Assembly (NCBI GenBank): GCA_947168565.1
Contig: CAMVMM010000004.1
Location: 5,867 to 69,866 of the forward strand
Source of the DNA: an uncultured Clostridia bacterium
GTDB lineage: Bacteria; Bacillota; Clostridia; Christensenellales; CAG-138
DNA: 64,000 nucleotides
Direction: 5' to 3'
Shown: positions 44,691 through 54,250 of the stretch, piece after piece
Position numbering within the stretch: position 1 is the stretch's first letter
Layout: every line of letters begins with the position of its first letter
Program-made: the position numbers and the translations under genes
Notes under the pieces: model-generated
Database searches by the model: none
What the model was told of the DNA's origin: nothing
Seen by the model: only the letters and a program-made list of their open reading frames with translations

Positions 44691-46047
44691 AATCCCCGAT
44701 CGAATACCAGCTCGGCCCCGCCTCGGGCAGGCTCAGCGGGTCATACGCCTTTTTCTGAGCTATCACGGGCTCTCGGCCCGCATGGGGGCGGCTCATAAGG
44801 CCGTATCTGAGCGCCTCGGGCGCGTGGTCGTTGCCGTCGGCGGCGTCCTCGCGGTTCAGCCTGTCGAACTCCAGCATGGGGAGCTGGCGAATAAGATTGG
44901 TGCAGTTTTCAAAGCACTGCCACATCGCTCGCTCCCCGCCAAGGCCGTCCGGCTTCGGGGCAAGATATTCGCGCACGCGGTTCCAGCCGGAAATTCGGGA
45001 ATTGTCCGCCGGGGTGAGCGCAAGACCCGAGGAAGCGAAGAGCTCCGCAAGCGTTTCGCCCTCAAAGCCGCCGCTTGAAGCGAGCAGCGCGCCGCGCTTT
45101 TGCCACATATCGGGGGATGCAACGGTGTACGCTATGCTCTCGCCCTCGGAAAGCCTTTTCACCTCCGCCGCAACGAGGTCCGCGCGCATAAGGCGAACGT
45201 ACAGCTCGCGGTAGGTAAACACCCTGCCCTCGCCGTCCACCGCGTGCCACAGCACGCAGCAGGGGTCGTTGTAGCCCCAGTCCATTGAGCGGAAGCGCCG
45301 CCAGCCCGCTGGTATCTCAAACGGCTGCACAACGTGCTTTTCCCTTGAAAATTCGCGGAAATACTGCCCCGCGTGAACGTCCCAGTCGCCGTCCAGATGC
45401 GCCCTTCGCAGCTCCTCCGGCAGCGCCATGAGCTGGCGCACGTAGCCGGGGTCGCCCTTCATAAGCGCGGCGTTGTCGTAGATGCGGGCGGGTATGAAAA
45501 GATAGTCCTCCGCGCGTTCGCCTGCATTATACTGCCTGTCTATAAAAAGGCGTTTCACCCATGCGTGGCCAACGTTTCCCGGGTTGCAGGTGTAATACAT
45601 CCTTGGGGAAAAATCGCCCCTTGTGGTGCGGTTGCAGGTGGTTAGAAAGCGCATCTGCTCCTCGGTGAAATGCGTTGCCTCCTCCATGCCTATAACCGCG
45701 TATTCCTGCCCCTGATACTGGTAGATATCCTGCGCGGTGTCGCAATAGCCCAGCTTTATGCGCGAGCCGTTCGGAAAGCGAAACACGCGCTCGGTGGAAT
45801 TGTAGCTTGCCGCGCCCCAAAGCTCCCTTTGAAGCGGCACTATATGGTTTTCCCTCAGCTCCGGCAGCGTGCGCCGCAGCAGAAGCAGGTTCAGATTCGG
45901 ATAATTCAGCGCGAGCAGCACGAATTTTCTGCGCATCGCCCAGCTTTTGCCGCCGCCGCGCGCGCCTCCGTAGGCGGTGTGCCGCGCTTTTGAAAGAAAA
46001 AACTCCCTTTGCCGCGCATTCGGCACGCCATGCAGAATAAGCTCCAT
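44689..46047 (-). CDS. terL: Phage terminase large subunit
   Basis: Walker A YGGARGGGKS near the N-terminus, an ATPase plus RNaseH-like nuclease architecture, and phage TerL-like sequence throughout. Confidence 0.85.
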   Translation of the reverse strand: MELILHGVPNARQREFFLSKARHTAYGGARGGGKSWAMRRKFVLLALNYPNLNLLLLRRTLPELRENHIVPLQRELWGAASYNSTERVFRFPNGSRIKLGYCDTAQDIYQYQGQEYAVIGMEEATHFTEEQMRFLTTCNRTTRGDFSPRMYYTCNPGNVGHAWVKRLFIDRQYNAGERAEDYLFIPARIYDNAALMKGDPGYVRQLMALPEELRRAHLDGDWDVHAGQYFREFSREKHVVQPFEIPAGWRRFRSMDWGYNDPCCVLWHAVDGEGRVFTYRELYVRLMRADLVAAEVKRLSEGESIAYTVASPDMWQKRGALLASSGGFEGETLAELFASSGLALTPADNSRISGWNRVREYLAPKPDGLGGERAMWQCFENCTNLIRQLPMLEFDRLNREDAADGNDHAPEALRYGLMSRPHAGREPVIAQKKAYDPLSLPEAGPSWYSIGD

Positions 46048-46069
46048 ATTTAACTCACTTTTCCTTTGA

Positions 46070-46139
46070 TTTCGCTTGCTTTATTGCTTGCTATATTGCT
46101 TGCATTTTTGCTTGCTTTATTGCTTGCATTTTTGCTTGA
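46070..46139. repeat. Phased 11-12 bp repeat, about 6 copies of (W)TTGCTTGC, upstream of terL
   Basis: TTCGCTTGCT TTATTGCTTGCT ATATTGCTTGC ATTTTTGCTTGC TTTATTGCTTGC ATTTTTGCTTGA. Confidence 0.8.
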
Positions 46140-46583
46140 TGAGCCGCTCGGAAACGGTTCATACCTTTGTTTTCAGTAAAATGCGCCCCCGGCGCCGCTC
46201 CGAGCGTGAAAAATGAGAATGAATTGCTTTGCCCGGAAATGACCGTTTATTTGAAGGACTTCTTTCTTTCCCGCCGAATGGGGAACGGCGGCGTATGTGA
46301 AGCTCGAAGCGGCGAAGGGCGGCTGCGTTGGCTTATATTCAGTTTAAGAAAGGCGGATTTGCCTCCCTAATACTATTTTATCATTTATCGCGGTGGAGGC
46401 ACAAGGAAAAACCGCGCCCGATATGTGCTTAAAAATGCACAGGCGGAGTATTGACCCGGAAAGCTTACTGTGGTATCGCGCGCGCGAGGGGCGGCCTTGG
46501 CGGCATTTGGCGGCATTTGGGCTTTGCGGGGGAGGTGTGAAAAATGGTATAATAGAATTAGCGGCATTGCGGAAAGGAGTGAG

Positions 46584-46844
46584 ATGGCGGGGGAGAACCC
46601 GATGAATAAAACCGATGCTTCCTGCGTCAAAAAAAAGCGAAGCGGCGCGCAAAGCGAGAAAAGGCTCAGAAAGCTTGCGCTCGATACCATCATTTCCATG
46701 GTGAACGATACGGAACTCAAGCCCTCGGACAGGCTGAGCGCGGTGAAGGCGCTGCTTGATTACATCAAGTCCCAGCCCGAAAAGGCGGAGGACGATGCGC
46801 TCCGCGTTATCTTTGAAAATCTGCCGGAGGGGTACGCGGAGTGA
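46584..46844 (+). CDS. Small basic/helical protein (86 aa), possibly related to the TerS oligomerisation region
   Basis: AAAGGAG RBS 7 nt before the ATG at 46584, and a TG-extended TATAAT at 46547-46552. KPSDRLSAVKALLDY resembles the C-terminal helix region of Terminase_2-type small terminases. This is a weak call. Confidence 0.4.
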   Translation: MAGENPMNKTDASCVKKKRSGAQSEKRLRKLALDTIISMVNDTELKPSDRLSAVKALLDYIKSQPEKAEDDALRVIFENLPEGYAE

Positions 46845-46896
46845 TATGAAAGCGCTTTCAGCGTACTCCTCAAAGTAAAAAATCCAACGGCTGCGG

Positions 46897-46936
46897 ATAA
46901 AAAAACGGGGACCCGACGGTTTTTCGCCGGGTCCCC
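46897..46936 (-). terminator. Intrinsic terminator after the transglutaminase gene (hairpin shared with the convergent plus-strand gene)
   Basis: GGGGACCCG ... CGGGTCCCC 9-bp stem followed by GTTTTTTTAT on the minus strand. Confidence 0.7.
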
Positions 46937-46957
46937 TGCGTTATTATGACGAAAGGA

Positions 46958-49156
46958 TCAAAGCTTGAAAATCATCCATCTGAGGAAAAGGCGCTTTAAG
47001 GGCTCGTTTTTGAACGCCTTATCATGCACCCTGCGGCAGCGAGTCAGAAGCTCGCGCTGCTTTTCGCTCATCGGGTGATTGGAGAACGCCGCCTCCTCGC
47101 CGACCTCCTTGGAGTTCGGCTCCGGCACAAGCCCGTAGCGCTCAAGAGCGCCCAGATAGCGCAGCATTGCGATTACCGCCGCGCTTGAATCGGATTGCTC
47201 AAACCTGTGCTTGCGGATCCTGCTCATTATAAAGCCCGCAAGCTGCCAAAGCGCGATCACGGCGATCGGGATAAGCAGCCACAGCCATGCGCCGCCCTTG
47301 CTTCCGCCGCTGCCGCCCTTGCCGCCGCTTCCGCCCTGATTGGGCGAGGGCGAGGGTCTTGCGGTGGGTGTTTCACGCGGCCCGATGGAGGGGCGGATGG
47401 AGGGAAGCTCGGTTTCCGGCGGCTCGGTCTCGGGCGCGTTCGGATCGGGCGTGGGGGAGGGAGTGGGCTCCGGAGTGGCGGTTGGCTCGGGGAAGGACGG
47501 GGAGTCCGGCACGTAATCGTCGCCGCCGGGGAAGCCGGGCGTGCATTCGATGGGCACCCAGCCGACGCCCTTTACATATACCTCCACCCAGGCGTGGGAG
47601 GCCTTTTGGGGTATATCCTGCCATTCGTCAAGCTCGGTCACGTCCGCGCGGTAGCCTATCACGAAGCGGGCGGGAATGTCCAGCGCCTGCAAAAACGCGG
47701 CGGTGGCGGAGGCGAAATGGACGCAGTAGCCCCTTTTGGTCTCCTTCATGAAATACTGCACCAGATCCCAACCCTGCGGCGTGGCGCCGGGCAGCAGCGT
47801 GTATTCGCCGAATGAGCGAACGCTGTCCGCAACCACGCGGGCGGCGGCGTAGTGATCGGTCAGCTTTATTTGCTCGATCAAGCCGGTGAAGTCCCGAACG
47901 GAGCTGATCGCAAGGGGGAAGCTTTCGTTCATCAGCTTGCGCAGCTCTTCCTTTTGCGGACCTGCCGGCATGGTGTAGTTGTTCAGCGCAAAAAGATAGT
48001 AGTCGCTCTCCTCCTTGCCGCTCTTTATAGGGGTGAAACGCAGATTGGGCTTGAACTGCCAAACGTAGGAGGTTTCGCCGTATGCGCGCACGAAGCCCTC
48101 CTCCACCTTCACGAAGCTGTCCGGCATGAAGGCATAGGGCACCACGCGCTCGCTCATGATAGCGCCCTGCACCCGCAGCATGGCGTATTCGCCTCTTTGG
48201 GTCAGCCCAAGCGCGTGAAGCGAGTTCCACTCCCCGCTGTATTCCGGCGAGGGAAGAAAGCTGTTTTTATCGTAAAGTCCGTAGGAATGCGTTCTTAAAA
48301 GGAAGGAGCCGGTGGCGGTGGAGCGAACGGCAAACGCCTTTTTGTCCTGCTCCACGCGGTCGCCTATGGAACCGAGATTATACTGCCTCGGGTTCCTTGA
48401 AAAGAGCGAAAGCACGCCGTCCTGCAAAAGCCCGAAGCGCTCGCCAAGGATATACTGCCTCTGCTCATAGGGTATTGGCACGTAGCTCTTTTCCGGCGAA
48501 AACCGGCGGATCGCAAACGCAAGCAGGGTGAGCAGCGCAAGAAACACCAGCCGCACCACCGCGTGCTCGCGCTTCGTGCCGCGGATGCCGCTTCCAAGCA
48601 GCACGCCGCCGATATAGATCACAAGCAGTATCACCGAATAGAGCGCGGGCGAGCAGTCCGTGTATACCATGCTGAGAAACACGGAGGGAAGCACGCAGAG
48701 TATGGAAAGTATCGGGGAGCCGCTTTTGACCGTTGAAAAGCCGATAAGCACCGAGAACACGGCGGAAACGGCTATTAAAAACGAGGTAACGAAGGCCTTG
48801 GCGGATAGGGGCTCCACCTTCGGCTCGGTGGGCATCGGAAGGAAGGGGAATATCACCGTGGGCGGCCGCATCACCGAGTAATACAGTATGCGGAAGCCCA
48901 TTTTAACGGAGTGCCTATCGAAATAAACGTATAGGCCCACCGCCAGAAGAAACAGCAGTATGATAAGCGGCGAAAGCTTTTTGAGCCTCAGCACGAAGGA
49001 GATAAAAAGCGAGAAAAGCGCCGTTGCGTAAACGAGCGTGGATATCTCAAAGCTCACGCTGTACGCGGTCGGAAGCGTGAACACGACCGCGAGCGCGCCG
49101 CAGCATATCAAAAGCGCATCCACAAGGACGTGTAAAAACTGCTTTTTCCTTCTCAT
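46958..49156 (-). CDS. Transglutaminase-domain membrane protein with PT-rich linker and DUF4129-like C-terminus
   Basis: Multi-TM N-terminus. TGase core RGYCVHFASATAAFLQALDIPARFVIGY ... HAWVEVY. Confidence 0.8.
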   Translation of the reverse strand: MRRKKQFLHVLVDALLICCGALAVVFTLPTAYSVSFEISTLVYATALFSLFISFVLRLKKLSPLIILLFLLAVGLYVYFDRHSVKMGFRILYYSVMRPPTVIFPFLPMPTEPKVEPLSAKAFVTSFLIAVSAVFSVLIGFSTVKSGSPILSILCVLPSVFLSMVYTDCSPALYSVILLVIYIGGVLLGSGIRGTKREHAVVRLVFLALLTLLAFAIRRFSPEKSYVPIPYEQRQYILGERFGLLQDGVLSLFSRNPRQYNLGSIGDRVEQDKKAFAVRSTATGSFLLRTHSYGLYDKNSFLPSPEYSGEWNSLHALGLTQRGEYAMLRVQGAIMSERVVPYAFMPDSFVKVEEGFVRAYGETSYVWQFKPNLRFTPIKSGKEESDYYLFALNNYTMPAGPQKEELRKLMNESFPLAISSVRDFTGLIEQIKLTDHYAAARVVADSVRSFGEYTLLPGATPQGWDLVQYFMKETKRGYCVHFASATAAFLQALDIPARFVIGYRADVTELDEWQDIPQKASHAWVEVYVKGVGWVPIECTPGFPGGDDYVPDSPSFPEPTATPEPTPSPTPDPNAPETEPPETELPSIRPSIGPRETPTARPSPSPNQGGSGGKGGSGGSKGGAWLWLLIPIAVIALWQLAGFIMSRIRKHRFEQSDSSAAVIAMLRYLGALERYGLVPEPNSKEVGEEAAFSNHPMSEKQRELLTRCRRVHDKAFKNEPLKRLFLRWMIFKL

Positions 49157-50106
49157 TCGCTCACCACCTTTTTGGGCAGGATGCGGTATACTACGGCGTT
49201 CGAGCCGAGCGCGGCGCCGGCGGCGGGCTGCGTGCGCAGCGGCGCGGAAAGCCTTGATTTTATGTAGTCGTTGAAATCATCGTTTGAAGCAACGGAAAGC
49301 GTGTCGGCTCCGAAAACGAGCTGATAGGGGATCTGCTTTTCCACAAGCCCCTCGCTTAGATAGCGAAGCTGCTCTATCACGCTCTGCTGCTCCTCGTAAA
49401 CTGCGGGAAGATCCACCGAAAGCACAATCTTTCTGCGGATAACCTCCTGCGGCTCGCGGATGATGATCTGATCGGTTTTGCTCGAAAGCTTCCAGTGAAC
49501 CAGGTTCAGCGGGTCGCCCTCGCGGTACTGCCGCAGCTCATGCTCCTCTGAAAAGCCCAGGGGCTTGGGCTTGAACACCACGGTGGAGGGGTCGTCCAGC
49601 TCCGGCTCGTGAAGCGGGCGCTCTGTATTCGGCAGCACCGTAAGTTCCGCCGCGCCGCTCTTTTTAACGGGTATCGCAAAAAGCCCGAGGTAGTCGTATA
49701 TGCAGGCCTTTTTTATGCGGTAGCGGATGGTGCCGAGGCGCGTTGTGTCCGGATAAAAGCTTTTTGTGAGCCTGCTTGTGCCGCCCGCCCTTATCACCTG
49801 CGTGGATGAGCCCTTATCGGTGAAAAGATTCTGCTGCTCAAGCGTTACGCGCCAGGCCTCGGGGGGAAGCACGAAGGCGCATTCAAGCTCCAGTAAAACG
49901 TTGCCCTCGTCGCCGCGATGCACGTCCATGCCGCTGATAATCGAAGCGTGGGATCTGAAGGCGGCGGGAAGGCTCACAAGCAGCGAGAGCAGGGGAAGGC
50001 AAGCTAAAAATATCAGTATGTAATGCGTTGCATACTGTCCGTAAGCGAAATGATAGAGCGCCGCGAGTGCAAGCAGCGCTATGTAGATTATGCGCCGAAC
50101 AGCCAT
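49153..50106 (-). CDS. DUF58 domain protein
   Basis: Two N-terminal TM helices, the LRQYREGDPLNLVHWKLSSK DUF58 signature, and a 4-nt overlap with the downstream gene. Confidence 0.8.
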   Translation of the reverse strand: MAVRRIIYIALLALAALYHFAYGQYATHYILIFLACLPLLSLLVSLPAAFRSHASIISGMDVHRGDEGNVLLELECAFVLPPEAWRVTLEQQNLFTDKGSSTQVIRAGGTSRLTKSFYPDTTRLGTIRYRIKKACIYDYLGLFAIPVKKSGAAELTVLPNTERPLHEPELDDPSTVVFKPKPLGFSEEHELRQYREGDPLNLVHWKLSSKTDQIIIREPQEVIRRKIVLSVDLPAVYEEQQSVIEQLRYLSEGLVEKQIPYQLVFGADTLSVASNDDFNDYIKSRLSAPLRTQPAAGAALGSNAVVYRILPKKVVSE

Positions 50107-51035
50107 TATCTTACCGCCGGAGCGGGCGTGCGGGCAAGGATCTCATCCAGCACGGCCTGCTGAGTCTTTCCGGAGGATTTGGCTTCGGGCGTGAGCACAA
50201 GGCGGTGCGTTACGGTGAAGGGGTAGATAAGCTCCACGTCGTCCGGCACAACGTAATCGCGCTTCTGCACCCATGCCGCCGCCTTGGACATGGCGATCAC
50301 GGCGAGGGAGGCGCGGGGGCTTGCGCCGTGCAGCAGGCAGTCGTGCGCTCTTGAAGCGTTTGAAAGCTTGATAACGTAGTCGAGTATCTTTTTATCGGTG
50401 TAGACCTTATCCACCTGCGCGCGCATCTCGGCAAGATCGCGGCTTTGGGCAACGCAGTTCACCGTGTCGAGCGGGTTGCCGAGCTGCTTTCTTGTTAATA
50501 GATCCAATTCATGCTCCGGCTCGGGGTAGCCCAGCGAAAGCTTGACCATGAAGCGGTCGAGCTGCGATTCGGGCAGAAGCTGCGTGCCGCTGGAGCCCAC
50601 GGGGTTTTGAGTTGCAATAACTATGAAGGGATCGGGCACGGGGTGGGTCTCGCCGTCCACCGTAACGCTGCCCTCCTCCATCGCCTCCAAAAGAGCGGAC
50701 TGAGTGCGGCTGGTGGCGCGGTTCAATTCGTCCGCAAGGAAAAGATTGCACAGGATGGCGCCGGGCTTGTACACCATGCGGTTTGTCTGCTTATCGAGCA
50801 GCGAAAAGCCCACGATGTCGGACGGCAAAACGTCCGGCGTGAACTGAACGCGCTGATAATCAAGCCCCAGCGCCTTGCTGAAGGCAAGCGCCATGGTGGT
50901 TTTGCCCACGCCGGGAATATCCTCAACAAGGATATGTCCGCGCGCGAGTATCGAAATAAGCGCCATTGTGAGCACCTCGTCCTTGCCCACAACGGCCTTT
51001 TTAAGCTCCTTGAGAATTGTTACTGGATCGTTCAT
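50106..51035 (-). CDS. MoxR family AAA+ ATPase
   Basis: GGAGG RBS 6 nt before the ATG at 51035. Walker A DIPGVGKT, Walker B FLADELNR, and the MoxR-typical VIATQNP. Confidence 0.9.
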   Translation of the reverse strand: MNDPVTILKELKKAVVGKDEVLTMALISILARGHILVEDIPGVGKTTMALAFSKALGLDYQRVQFTPDVLPSDIVGFSLLDKQTNRMVYKPGAILCNLFLADELNRATSRTQSALLEAMEEGSVTVDGETHPVPDPFIVIATQNPVGSSGTQLLPESQLDRFMVKLSLGYPEPEHELDLLTRKQLGNPLDTVNCVAQSRDLAEMRAQVDKVYTDKKILDYVIKLSNASRAHDCLLHGASPRASLAVIAMSKAAAWVQKRDYVVPDDVELIYPFTVTHRLVLTPEAKSSGKTQQAVLDEILARTPAPAVR

Positions 51036-51247
51036 CGGCATCCTCCGAATTGGATTTGTATACACTATAAGAGAATACCATAATCGCGGAATTTTGTAAA
51101 GATGTGAAATGTGGCAAAAGAATTAACGCTCGCTTTCAAACGGCGGGAAAACGGCGGAGAAAAGGCGGAATAAACGGCCGGCAAACGGCTTTGTCGGGTT
51201 AATTTATTAAATTTTTATTAACTTTTTATATTATCACGCGTTCGGCC

Positions 51248-51275
51248 TTGACATACTGAAAAAAACAGTTAAAAT
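51248..51275 (+). promoter_or_regulatory. Candidate promoter (TTGACA-16-TAAAAT)
   Basis: Hexamers at 51248-51253 and 51270-51275, upstream of the 51308 start. Confidence 0.45.
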
Positions 51276-51307
51276 GAGCGCATACAGGAGAAAAGGAGGC
51301 CGGCAAA

Positions 51308-52408
51308 ATGAAGCAAAAAGCATCATTCAAAAGCATGAGGCGCGCCGCCTGTGCGTGCATGGCGGCGCTCGCTGCACTCACGAGCCTTGCAGGCTGCGGC
51401 ACAAGTAACGATCCCACCCCTCGCGCGGAAGCGGATGCGGGAAAGGCGCGGACGGAAGCTCTGTTTACCGAGCCGCCGCGAAACGAGAAGCGCACGGAGG
51501 AAATCGAAGCGCCGAGCGAAGCAAGTGCGGATAAAAAGCCGGAGCAAACGCAGGAAGCGGGCAGCGGCAGCTTTGCACCGATACTCCGTTCGATCAGCGG
51601 CAGAGATGATCTGCTCATCCTTTCGCAAAGGCTGCTTGAGGGGAAACGGTTATACAATATTCCGACGGCGCATTACACCGGAGCGGTGTACTTCCGGGTT
51701 GAAGCCGATGGGCTGGTTGCCTATAACAGAAGGATCTATCCCGGGCCCGAGGAGCTATATGATCCTTTCGGCAATTTAGCGTATGATTTGGTTGAGCCGA
51801 TAGCGACCTATCCGAGGGAGCTTGGCATTGAGGCGAAAAAAAGCCTTGTTGATTTTTACAAAAGCAGCTATGATCCAAACTATCCTTCCGATGAGCCGGA
51901 AGGATTCGAGGGCTATACAGGCGATAACTACATTATCTTCACGAATGAAGTTTTCCATGGTATACAGGCCTCGGTGATATTCGTGACCTCTGATGGCTGG
52001 AAAACATGGAAGGAGGTGGAGGTTCCAACGATAGGAGGCTTTCCAAAGCACGTAACGGGCGGCTGTATGCTTTCCGATAAAGAGGGTTTCCTCTGCTTCT
52101 ATGAAAAAGCCACTTTGGGGGATGAATATAAGCTTGACGAGCTTTCGGTTTATAAAACGGCGGACGCCGGAGAAAGATGGCATCCCTTGAAATTGAGGAT
52201 CCCGCTTGATGAGGTCGGAGTGCTGTGCGATCCCATAACGGCGCTGTCGCCGATGTTTGACGGCGATCACGGCATAATGCTCGTGCAATACGGTCAATAT
52301 GTCAAGGAGTTTGACGAATGGGAAAGCTATATCGGCTGGTTTGAAACCTTCGATCGCGGCGAAAGCTGGGAGTTTCATCCCGATCCCGTTTCAAAGCTGT
52401 TTGAGTAA
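51308..52408 (+). CDS. Lipoprotein with BNR/Asp-box-like repeats (beta-propeller candidate)
   Basis: AAGGAGG RBS and lipobox SLAGC. Asp-box-like TSDGWKTW, TADAGERW and TFDRGESW. Confidence 0.6.
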   Translation: MKQKASFKSMRRAACACMAALAALTSLAGCGTSNDPTPRAEADAGKARTEALFTEPPRNEKRTEEIEAPSEASADKKPEQTQEAGSGSFAPILRSISGRDDLLILSQRLLEGKRLYNIPTAHYTGAVYFRVEADGLVAYNRRIYPGPEELYDPFGNLAYDLVEPIATYPRELGIEAKKSLVDFYKSSYDPNYPSDEPEGFEGYTGDNYIIFTNEVFHGIQASVIFVTSDGWKTWKEVEVPTIGGFPKHVTGGCMLSDKEGFLCFYEKATLGDEYKLDELSVYKTADAGERWHPLKLRIPLDEVGVLCDPITALSPMFDGDHGIMLVQYGQYVKEFDEWESYIGWFETFDRGESWEFHPDPVSKLFE

Positions 52409-52573
52409 CATAATAACGGTTTGAATACCGTTTGATACCGCGCGAACCCGTATGATCGCGTATGAAACCGCGCTATCCCCAAAAAAAGCTTTCCCCTCAG
52501 CTGCCTTACGGTGCGAAGGGAAAAGCTTTAATTCTATTCAATTTGAGGGATCGGTGTTCGCCGAACAGGGGGC

Positions 52574-53038
52574 TCAAGCCTCCTCGTCCTCCTCGCCTTC
52601 CTCGCCGTGAGCGTGTTCGTGGTCATGCTCCTCGCCGCAGGAGGCGCAGCTGCATTCCTCGTCGCGGCCTTCCTTGCGGGCATAGTAGTTGTCGATGGCG
52701 GCCTTCACAGCCTCCTCTGCAAGCACGGAGCAGTGCAGCTTTGCGGGGGGCAGACCCTCAAGCGCCTCCACAACCGCGGAGTTGGTGAGCGAAAGCGCCT
52801 CATCGATGCTCTTGCCCTTAATAAGCTCGGTGGCCATGCTGCTGGTGGCAACCGCCGCGCCGCAGCCGAAGGTCTTGAAGCCGACGTCCTCTATGATGCC
52901 GTCGTCGTTTATCTTGAGAAACATCTGCATGATGTCGCCGCATTTCGCGTTGCCGACCATGCCCACGCCGTTCGCGCCCTCGACCTCGCCCATGTTGCGG
53001 GGGTTGGAAAAATGATCCATAACTTTTTCGGTATACAT
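52574..53038 (-). CDS. nifU: Fe-S cluster assembly scaffold NifU/IscU type, with acidic/His-rich tail
   Basis: Three conserved Cys contexts (NAKCGD, FGCGAA, LPPAKLHCS). C-terminal CSCASCGEEHDHEHAHGEEGEEDEEA. Confidence 0.9.
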   Translation of the reverse strand: MYTEKVMDHFSNPRNMGEVEGANGVGMVGNAKCGDIMQMFLKINDDGIIEDVGFKTFGCGAAVATSSMATELIKGKSIDEALSLTNSAVVEALEGLPPAKLHCSVLAEEAVKAAIDNYYARKEGRDEECSCASCGEEHDHEHAHGEEGEEDEEA

Positions 53039-53085
53039 AGTGTTTATCCTCCTTGGGAAGCTGTTGTTTTATGCGTTAGTATAAT

Positions 53086-54249
53086 TTAACCCTTGTAAAG
53101 CGGGCTCATCCTGCGAAGCCGCTCAACTATTTTGGGCAGCACCTCAAGCACGTAATCGACCTCGTCCTCGGTTGTGTCGTCCCCAAGGGTCAGGCGGAGG
53201 GAGCCGTGCGCCGTTTCGTGCGGCAGGCCCATGGCAAGCAGCACGTGGGAGGGGTCGAGGGAGCCGCTCGTGCAGGCGGAGCCGGAGGAGGCGGCTATGC
53301 CGTTTATATCCAGCATCAGCAGTATGGATTCGCCCTCGATATATTTGATGGAATAGTTCACGTTGCCGGGCAGGCGCTCGGTGGGGTGGCCGTTGAGCTT
53401 CACCTCGGGGATGCTGCCCGCGATGCCGGTCATGAGCTTATCGCGCAGATAGGTCATGCGTGCGCTCGTTTCGTCGATGCTTTCGCAGGCAAGCTCTATC
53501 GCCTTGCCAAGACCCACTATGCCCGCCACGTTCTCGGTGCCCGCGCGCTTATTGCGCTCCTGCGCGCCGCCGGTGAGCAGCGGGGGAACCACGATGCCCT
53601 TGCGCACGTACAGCGCGCCAACGCCCTTGGGGCCGTGGAATTTATGAGCGGAGAGGGAGAGCAGGTCGATATTCATTTTCTGCACGTCTATATGCACGTG
53701 ACCCACCGCCTGCACCGCGTCCGTATGGAAGAAAACGCCCTTTTCGCGGCAAACCTCGCCGATGCGCTCTATCGGCATCACGGTGCCGACCTCGTTGTTT
53801 CCGAACATGACGGAAACGAGGATGGTATCGGGCCTTATCGCCTCGCGCACCTGAGCCGCCGTAACCATGCCGTATTCATCCACGGGCAGATAGGTGACCT
53901 CATAGCCCAGCTTTTCAAGGCGCTGCGCGGTATACAGCACGGCGTGATGCTCCACGGCGGTGGTGATGATGTGCTTTCCCTTTTTGGCGTATCTCTGCGC
54001 TATGCCGAGCAGCACCATATTGTCGCTCTCGGTGCCGCAGCCGGTGAAGATTATCTCTTTATCGTCCGCAGCGTTCAGCGCCTTCGCCACCTGATGGCGG
54101 GCGTTTTCAACCGCCTTGTGCGCCTCCTGGCCGAAGGTGTGCAGGCTGGAGGGGTTGCCGTAAATATCCGTAAGGTAGGGCATCATCGCCTCAAGCACTT
54201 CTTTTTTAAGAGCGGTGGTCGCCGCGTTGTCCATATAGACCCTTTTCAT
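53086..54249 (-). CDS. nifS: Cysteine desulfurase NifS/IscS type
   Basis: Start at MKRVYMDNAATT. PLP lysine context LSLSAHKFHGPKG and active-site SSGSACTS. Confidence 0.9.
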   Translation of the reverse strand: MKRVYMDNAATTALKKEVLEAMMPYLTDIYGNPSSLHTFGQEAHKAVENARHQVAKALNAADDKEIIFTGCGTESDNMVLLGIAQRYAKKGKHIITTAVEHHAVLYTAQRLEKLGYEVTYLPVDEYGMVTAAQVREAIRPDTILVSVMFGNNEVGTVMPIERIGEVCREKGVFFHTDAVQAVGHVHIDVQKMNIDLLSLSAHKFHGPKGVGALYVRKGIVVPPLLTGGAQERNKRAGTENVAGIVGLGKAIELACESIDETSARMTYLRDKLMTGIAGSIPEVKLNGHPTERLPGNVNYSIKYIEGESILLMLDINGIAASSGSACTSGSLDPSHVLLAMGLPHETAHGSLRLTLGDDTTEDEVDYVLEVLPKIVERLRRMSPLYKG

Positions 54250-54250
54250 T

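Larger units (their letters stand above)
42928..46047 (-). mobile_element. Phage-derived DNA-packaging block (TerL plus portal)
   Basis: Two adjacent phage hallmark genes, bounded by a terminator and a repeat-rich non-coding region. Confidence 0.6.

Noticed and set aside
46070-46139. Possible CRISPR array, raised by the short regular repeats here and at 34404-34462 and 44649-44690.
   Set aside because: The units are 7-16 bp with no unique spacers of 25-40 bp, and no cas genes are present. These are simple tandem or phased repeats.
46181-46203. Terminator-like hairpin (GCGCC-GGG-GGCGC then ATTTTAC on the minus strand) upstream of terL, mirroring the capsid leader architecture.
   Set aside because: The stem is only 5 bp and the U-run is short, which is too weak to call without data. 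It is mentioned only as a possible parallel.
46167-46370. 67-aa plus-strand ORF, and overlapping minus-strand ORFs (46344-46720), in the terL upstream region.
   Set aside because: There are no convincing RBSs and the sequences are compositionally odd. The region is better explained as a roughly 500-bp regulatory spacer containing promoters and repeats.
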